DNA of 64,000 nucleotides, from contig OZ316897.1 of the NCBI GenBank assembly GCA_973895155.1, forward strand, positions 12,335,275 through 12,399,274. The letters run 5' to 3'. The stretch is from Marsupella aquatica (taxonomy: Eukaryota; Plantae; Marchantiophyta). The position numbers were made by a program, and so were the translations under genes. Below are positions 56,201 through 64,000 of this stretch, in pieces (positions within the stretch are counted from its first letter, which is position 1; every line of letters starts with the position of its first letter). Below the pieces are notes generated by a model. It had not been told where the DNA came from, made no database searches, and was given only the letters and a program-made list of their open reading frames with translations.

Positions 56201-56871
56201 AGCCTTGGTGAGAAAAGCAGTTTGAAATAGAATTCAGTTGGTATCATGATTCGATCAGCGTTATGGTGAGAGGCTTTAAGGGACTAATTGACAGAACGGC
56301 TAGCTTTGGATTCCAAAGAGAAAATCCAGCTCAAAAACAATGATCGATATAGGAGCGAGTCGAAAAACAGGGCATGGTTACTCTGCCCACTCAAACATGC
56401 ATACAAATTTTGTACTGAACCTGTATGCAATATGCTAGGCCAACCTCCACAAATATGTTTTCAAATCTCTAATGTCATCCAACTTTGGCTTACAAAGCTT
56501 CTTTTTCCAACACAGATTATTTGTTCGATTAGCCTCAAGACAAGACTCGGCTAAAACGCAGTGACATTGCAAACCTTTCCGATAGCTTGGGAACTTGACC
56601 AGCCCCACAGCAGTCTTTTATAATCAGCGTTTTATGTCATTATGTGGTTACTTTCAACTACCTACGACTTGCTAAAAGGCCCTATTGGTGTTCATTAACT
56701 TGTTGGCATGGTGTAATTGCTACTGATTTTGAACCCACTTTCCCTAATTCATTCTAAGAACATCATCTTTGGTGATCCTCCTGCAATTCGGCTCCAAACT
56801 TGCTTCTCTACCCTGAGAGGAGCTCTGCTCAAAATTGCAACAATGTCTTCCAGGGTTTCTAGCCTAAACAA

Positions 56872-57756
56872 TTACCTGTTCCCCCACAAGTCAGTTGCAA
56901 GTTCCAAAAGGTCGTTCTCAGAAAACTGTATGTCAGTTTCCCGTGGTGGTACCGCTGGCCGGAGGAAAATCTGCTCAAATTCCAAAATCAAGGGTGCTCC
57001 AATTACTATATCCTGATCTAAATCAACGATGATCTGATGCTTCTTCTCCGGTACTGTCATAGATGATGTGAGAGGCATCCTTTGTGGATGCGCTAGACCA
57101 CGTCCCCACTTTTCAATCGTCAAGCACCTTGTTGATGGTCTGCAATCAATAGTAATTAACATAACAATGTTCACACCAGTTTGCATGTTAAGCCACCACA
57201 TTGCGTCAAGTCTAAGCTGGCCGATCGATTCAGAATAGCCAACCTCAAATACTATAGTTGGCCACTCCGTTTGGTTTCGGGAAGATGGCCGAAAAGCACT
57301 GTCAGCTTCTTTGAAAGACCCAGAGCAAGAGTAACGTGTTCCACCACAATACCGAAACTCCCTTCTCAGTCCCATACAAACGACATGATTAAAAAGGTCG
57401 TAGCCCAAAGTCAACGCACTTTGGTGTTTCGCATTGGGCATCAGTTTGATGATAAGACGTTCCGTATCGCGGTCATAACCCACCCGAGAGCTCTTCCCAA
57501 TCCTCTTGCAGAAACGATCTATTTTTGCAATGTCTGTTTCCTTGACCGGATGAAAAATGAGAAAATCCTGATATGTTGCACCTCCTTGCAACTTTTCAAC
57601 ATGTGCTTCCATACTACGTAGCAGCTGTGCAACTCCTTGGAATTGCTCATCTTCCACAGGTGAGCGTTCTAATGGTGTGTCACCAGCCGATGATTGAGGT
57701 GTCCAGATGGAAGGATAGGAGTTGTCCACGCTTGACTCTCCATAACCAGTCATCAT
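56872..57756 (-). CDS. Intronless putative Uma2/PD-(D/E)XK restriction-endonuclease-fold protein
   Basis: Open about 295 codons from ATG 57756; motifs YD..TERLIIKLMP...H, KEADSAFRP and WPTIVFEVGYSES..QLRLDAMWWL. Confidence 0.6.
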   Translation of the reverse strand: MMTGYGESSVDNSYPSIWTPQSSAGDTPLERSPVEDEQFQGVAQLLRSMEAHVEKLQGGATYQDFLIFHPVKETDIAKIDRFCKRIGKSSRVGYDRDTERLIIKLMPNAKHQSALTLGYDLFNHVVCMGLRREFRYCGGTRYSCSGSFKEADSAFRPSSRNQTEWPTIVFEVGYSESIGQLRLDAMWWLNMQTGVNIVMLITIDCRPSTRCLTIEKWGRGLAHPQRMPLTSSMTVPEKKHQIIVDLDQDIVIGAPLILEFEQIFLRPAVPPRETDIQFSENDLLELATDLWGNR

Positions 57757-57889
57757 TGAAACATTTTGATCCTGCTTCAAAAGGACTCACTCACAACCTG
57801 ATATTCAGATGCAGCAAACTTCCGGTATCAATTGATATTGACAATGACAAACCGCTTTGAATTACTCATGCGACTCTAAATAGAACAGC

Positions 57890-59490
57890 AATCTCAAGCA
57901 GAACAAGCGTCTTGAAGGTCAGAGCCATGGGAAGGATGTCATGGCCTAGATAGACCCGCTCTGCCTAAGTCAGAGTGTCTCCCTCTAGAGGACAACAACA
58001 TGCCACTGCAAGCTTTAAGCATTTCATCTTTACAGGTCCTCTGAGAACTACAAGTTAAGATTGTAACGGCTTACCTGAGCAAACCTATAGGCGTGAGTGG
58101 TCAGAAGTCTCCCAAAATCCACTGCCCCAAGTCCTATCAATTAGGGTAGAAAATCTGCACACCAGAAGATCTGCTTGTCTGATTCCAGGGCCATCTTTTC
58201 GAGGAATCTAGTCACCTCCAGAAACATCTATGATGTAGACAATGTAGTCTGCCATTTCCCTGCTAAAGTTTGCAGCAAGATTATCTGTCCTTGAACAGGA
58301 AGGCCGTTTGTTAGATTCCTGTCTCCAGTCAATCATGCAATGTTTTCATTCCCTTTCCACGCCTCCAAGCAATTGCATCCCAAACGGGAAAGAACCACAT
58401 TCCTTTACTACGAATCGACTAAACATACATAATACAAAGCTGCAAGTTACTGAATGACCATCCTGAACGAGGAAGCTGACCTCCTCCAGACTCACATAGG
58501 AGGATCTCTGAAGTAAACAAGTGCGGCAACTGTTCTAGCGGCCCGAGATTGACACTGATATCTTCAGGAATCGCAGCATGTTGGCATCCTCATGTCTCAA
58601 TAGCACGAATCCTCTCCGGTGCAAGTGCCCCATTTTTTACCAAAAATTCACCGTCTTCTTTCGTAAATATGTCATTCGTTACCTGGACAAGCAGACCAAC
58701 AGAAATAAAAAGAATCTGTCATCCTAAAGGCGATATTCATTGACATTGCTCAAGACGATGCCCACACTATGCTTATCCTCAAAAGCCCGCCCAAAAGTAT
58801 TCATCCATCGTTCGAATATAGTAAAAATTCAATGAGCTTAGTGGATAAAAGCTTCTCAAACAGCATCGATCGTTTTCTTTAAAAACTCATCTATTATATT
58901 TATATGATGATGAGTTTCTTTTTTACTTTTGGTTTTTGGTGGGTGCGGGGAAACCATCAGAATTGTGTTTGTGAAACAAGAGCCAAAATCTGCACGGTAC
59001 GAGTGGTGAAGCCTCTCGCAGTGAGAGGTGGTGCCCGGCGGCTGAATAATCCAGGGGATTCTAATGGTTCATGTGTATGAGGTGCCAATCCATCATGGGA
59101 GTGGTAAACCTTACCATCTGTTGCCATCCAAGTGTCTTCCCTGCACAAGTCATCAGATTGATCATTATTAATGGTGCCCTTGCGCTCTTTAGCTGTATCG
59201 TTCCAGACTGCAATTGAGGAATCTTGGGAATTCTCTCTTGGGATATCACTTCCCACAGCATCAGCTATTCAAATGAAAGGGTAAGCTCGACTGACGCTGG
59301 CGCAGATTCTCAGAGTTCTTGTTTGACCTAACTTGTCGAAGACTTCCAGTGCATGGCAAGGCGTGCGTGAAAGGGACACCGGAATGGAGAATTGTTCCGC
59401 ACGAAAACTAAAGTAAACCCTGCGATCATCATAAATACTCTCCCCACAGAAGCTTTCCAGATAGCTTGCACTGACAGTTTTTCAATAACC
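57890..59490 (-). pseudogene. ureG: Truncated duplicate of UreG
   Basis: Closely similar to 61915-64000 including introns; P-loop exon deleted, ETGGCPH changed to ET*GCQH, GDK to GD*, penultimate exon largely deleted, last exon absent. Confidence 0.92.
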
Positions 59491-60034
59491 CATCTGGTCC
59501 TTCTTGCAGCAATCATGGAAAGCTGAAACTAACGAAAGGTCAAAGTTGTAGGACTCTTTCAACATGACAGCAATTGAGAGGCAATGCCTTGATCAGAGAA
59601 CAGGTGCCGCTCTTTCGTAAAAAGTGGCATCCTTAGGAATTTCCTTTCCTCACATGTTCTTTGCCTCTTCTACTGCCTGTCTCTCAACTGATTCAGCTAA
59701 TTTCAACCAATACTATATATTGTTTGTCTAGAGAAGAAAGGCATCTCTGCAACAAACCCATATTTCCTGGCATCGAATGTCACCGCGTCCCCCCCCCCCA
59801 CCCTCCCCTACCGCAGGTAGCCACGTTCCGTGCACAGAACTATTCCAAGTGTAGTCAGCGTCTCCTTCATACCCAATCAACCATCACTAGAAGAAATGAG
59901 GAGCTTGGTAGAGAAAGACACAATTGAGCGACAAATTTAGAGGATCGGAGATTCCTTGACTGGCTGAGTATTACAACTCTTCAAAGAACACTAATCCGGA
60001 AGCCCGAATTGCCAGTATGCACTCTCGGAGGTCA

Positions 60035-60275
60035 ATCTCATCCGTGATGCTCCAAGATTAAAATTGATCGTGAAGCTCAACAGAACCCACATTAGAACAA
60101 GGGTTATCATCTGTAAAATCTCATCCGTGATGATCCATGATTAAAATTGATCGTGAAGCTCAACAGAACCCACATTAGAACAAGGGTTATCATCTGCGAC
60201 GATAGCAAGCGAACAATTGAACGGTTCTTGAAAGTCCAGGGGAAAGCAATGAACTCACATGTTCAAGTCAACCAA

Positions 60276-60326
<51 letters not shown>
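60035..60326. repeat. About 83-bp tandem duplication followed by a (GA)n microsatellite
   Basis: 'aatctcatccgtgatg.tcca.gattaaaattgatcgtgaagctcaacagaacccacattagaacaagggttatcatctg' twice; (GA)n at about 60280-60326. Confidence 0.9.
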
Positions 60327-60327
<1 letters not shown>

Positions 60328-61758
60328 AGGTGGTGAGTGTTGAACCAGCATGCGTTTAGAGCTCCACACAATACTCCACAGCCTCTGCAGCGTCCCTAAC
60401 GTTCGTAAGTGTGTCAAATGTACATAAAATCAGCTACAGTGCTGCACGACAGTTCTGTTGTGGCGCTCAACAGTTCCCCTCTCGTCACTAGCTCCGTTGT
60501 GGCGCTTCTCACTAGCTCCGTTGTGGCGCTCAACAGAACCCACATTATCATCTGCTTTAAACCACAACTTCCACTGAGAGGGCTACGTAGTCCTCAATAT
60601 ACAAGGAGAAGTATTGCCGGGCTGAATGTCGGACAGATGTCGGGTGAATTGTCGGGCAGGTATTTCGGATTCCTACCCGGTATGGGTAAGTATGTATATT
60701 GTTTATATACCATTAATCCACAACTTCAAGCAAAGCCTGTCACAATTTTATTGGTTAGAGCAATCACTGCGGTGTGAGAGCTCGAGTGCTCTAATCTTGC
60801 ACCCGAGCAAAACTTTTGTCCTGCACCTGGCCCTTGAACTAATGGCGCCAGGTGTTGACGGCTTTCTGTCCTAGCTGCGAGAGTCCCACAGAGCCACAGA
60901 GTGGAGGGAGGGGGATGGATGCGGGCCCCACGAAGGGTCAGAAATGGGCCCGGAAAGAGCTTTTGAGATTTACCCATGGTTCCGAAGATCTATATAGAAG
61001 AAAACTATTTCAGTACAATTTGTACTGAACTACGCACTATGCCCATTTAGAATAACAATTGTCTCCATTGGTTGACCAGCAATTTTATTTGAGCTTTGCA
61101 CGAATTGTGTAATCCAATTTGAATCAGTTTTGCAGTACATAAGGAGCAGGATTTTTCTTCCCAAATTTGACTTGGACGCCCAATCCTCATTTGGATGATT
61201 CTCCATTGTACTCAACAGAAGGAACTGAATCAATCTCATGAAAATTGAACTTGTGAATGGTGAACTGGACTAGTTGCGTTGTAAGAGTGATCAGAGGTAA
61301 ACAATCCTTCTGAGTGCTTATGGCGTGTTATCTCTTGATCAAATCTTCATTCTCACGTTACAATAGAGAACCATCCAAATGACAAAAGCGAATTTAAAAC
61401 CCAGCCGAGTGGTGAAACCTCTTGTTAAAATCAAAACTAAACCAAATTTGCTGGTTTCCCCTAAACATGGTTGCCAAGTAAGGTCATCAATCTCTTAGCC
61501 AGACAAGAGCTTCCCTCGATTGTCAATAGCCGCCTGGTCGTGCAGTCCAGTATTCAATCAGCCAGGCAGGATGTTCGTCAATTCAGATGAAGATGTCCTG
61601 ACTCTTTTCTGATATTTTAGACAAAGTCTTCTTTCGAGGACTCCAACACGAGACTCAAGAGGACGTCTTAAATCCTAGCTACCATTTGGATACGAAGAAG
61701 GAATTTGGGTACTGATAGGGAACAGATCATACACATGAAACCAAACTGATCTACGACT

Positions 61759-63648
61759 TTAAGCACCGCGTGGTTTTTGTCCTGTGACTGCTTCAAAGGC
61801 AAACAAGACGTGTTTTACAATTTCAGAAACCCCAATGCCATGCTTCACCTGTTTCAGGATTAACAAATAGTAAGAAAGGTCCATGCAACGTTGCACTATT
61901 AGAAGAAAGAACCCTCAATCTTAAAGCAGAAAAAGTGTCTCGAAGGTCAGAACCAGGATTGCTTACTTAGACTACCTTTGCCTAAGTCAGACCTGTCTCC
62001 CTCTAAAACAACACGCCACTACGCCACTGCAAGCTTTAAGTATCTGATCTTTACAGGTCCCCTGAGATGTACAAGTTAAGATTGCAAAGGCTTACCTGAG
62101 CAAAAACAAAGGGCCCACCATCACGCATGCGAAGCGAGTCCCTTTCCATTACGTGCAAATCAGCCCCAATTGCATCTGCTAAATCCGTCTTGTTGATAAC
62201 CTACAGCAGTGACTAGTCAGAAGTCTCCCAAAATCCATTGCCCTAGTCCTACCAATTAACGTAGCAAATCTTTAACGATTCCCAATTGCTCCTGGAACTG
62301 ACAGAAATGAGTACACGCAGGGAAGCAGGAAACAAGGAAAAGCTGCACACCAGAAGATCTGCTTGTGTGATTCCAGGGCCACCCTTTCGAGGAATCTTGT
62401 CACCTCCAGAAACATCTATGATGTAGATAATGTAGTCTGCCAGTTCCCTGCTAAAGTTTGCGGCAAGATTATCTGTCCTTGAACAGGAAGGGCGTTTGTT
62501 AGATTTCTGTCTCCAGTCAGTCATGCCATGTTTTCATTTCCTGTCCACTCTCTCAAGGAATTGCATCACGTTTAAGAAAGAACCACATTCCTTTAGTCGC
62601 TTGCCCAAACATACATAATACAAAGCTGCCAAGTTATTGAATGACCACCATGACCAAGGAAGCTGACCTCCTCCAGACTCGCATAGAAGAATCTCTGCAG
62701 CAAACAAGTGCGACAGCTCTTCTAGGGGCCCGAGATTGATACTAATATCTTCACGAATAGCAGCATGTGGGCATCCTCCTGTCTCAACAGCACGAATCCT
62801 CTCCGGCGCAAGTGCCCCATTTTTTACCAAAAATTCACCGTCTTCTTTCGTAAATATGTCATTCGTTACCTGGACAAAGCAGACCAACAGAAATAAAAAG
62901 AAGCTGTCATCCTAAAGGCGATATTCAATGACATTGCTCAAGACGATGCCCACACTATGCTTATCCTCAAAAGCCCGCCCAAAAGTATTCATCCATCGTT
63001 CGAATATAGTAAAAGTTCAATGAGCTTAGTGGATAAAGCATCTCAAACAGAATCGATCGTTTTCTTTAAAAACTTATCTACTATTTTTATATGATGATGA
63101 GTTTCTTTTTTAGTTTTGTTTTTTGGTGGATGCTGGGAAACCATCAGAATTGTGTTTGTGAAACAAGAGCCAAAATCTGCACAGTACGAGTGGTTGAAGG
63201 GGAGATAGGGACAGAGAGACACACTGCAGCTATGCTGTATTTGTCTCGCAAAGCCCTGCAAAGAGCAAGCATGAGCGCAGTCTTGCTGGACCACAGCAAA
63301 CACAACTTGTTAGAAAAACACTTCAACGCTGAGATTTACATCGTTCGTCAACTAAGATAACAATTGTCGACAGGAAACACTCCGTGAGACTTGCAACAGC
63401 TTCAAGAGCTACTTCACGGGCAGACATACATACACACACACTGAGAAGTAATTGAAATCACTACTTACCCGGTCCCAACTGGTCCTCCGATACCAACTGT
63501 AAAGGCACGCTCAGTGAAGTCTCTCGCAGCGAGAGGTGGTGCCCGGCGGCTGAAAAATCCAGGGGATTCTAATGGTTCGTGTGTATGTGGTGCCAATCCA
63601 TCATGGGAGTGGTAAACCTTACCATCTGTTGCCATCCAAGTGTTTTCC
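61759..63648 (-). CDS. ureG: Urease accessory GTPase UreG; six exons in the window, His-rich first exon probably beyond 64000
   Basis: [25 protein letters not shown] (P-loop), [50 protein letters not shown]..stop at 61761-61759; CAG acceptor just 5' of 63648. Confidence 0.93.
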
Positions 63649-64000
63649 CTGCACAAGTCATCAGATTGATCATTATTGATGGTGCCCTAGCACTCTTTAG
63701 CTGTATCGTTCCAGACTGTAATTGAGGAATATTGGGAATTCTCTCTTGGGATATCACTTCCCACAGCATCAGCTATTCAAATGAAAGGGTAAGCTCGACT
63801 GACGCTGGCGCAGGTTCTCAGAGTTCTTGTTTGACCTAACTTGTCGAAGACTTCCAGTGCATGGCAAAGCGTGCGTGAAAGGGACACCGGAGTGGAGAAT
63901 TTTTACGCATCAAAACTAAAGTAAACCTTCGATCGTCATAAAAACTCTCCCCACAGAAGCTTTCCAGATAGCTTACGCCGACACTTCTCAAAACTCATCT

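Overview
Intron-rich land-plant nuclear DNA; a bryophyte/liverwort origin is my inference from gene content and style. Genes in order: rhomboid-like RBL15 with C-terminal UBA (+), plastid thioredoxin x (-), plastid phosphoglucomutase copy A (-), a second 22-exon PGM copy B (+), HCF173 (+), an intronless BTB/POZ-propeller gene (-), an intronless P-class PPR gene (+), an intronless Uma2/PD-(D/E)XK-like ORF of fungal appearance (-), a broken UreG duplicate (-) and UreG (-; 5' exon probably beyond the window). Main discovery: PGM copy B is a chimeric gene. About 1 kb of the neighbouring Trx-x locus (upstream region, 5'UTR and transit-peptide-coding part of exon 1) is fused in frame to an intact PGM body. 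Copy A keeps a native-looking N-terminus but shows strong directional CpG decay. A second possible promoter capture lies at the right end, where the UreG pseudogene lacks its last exon and runs into the nuclease-like ORF with phase-compatible splice sites. Family assignments are from motif recognition only; no searches were run.
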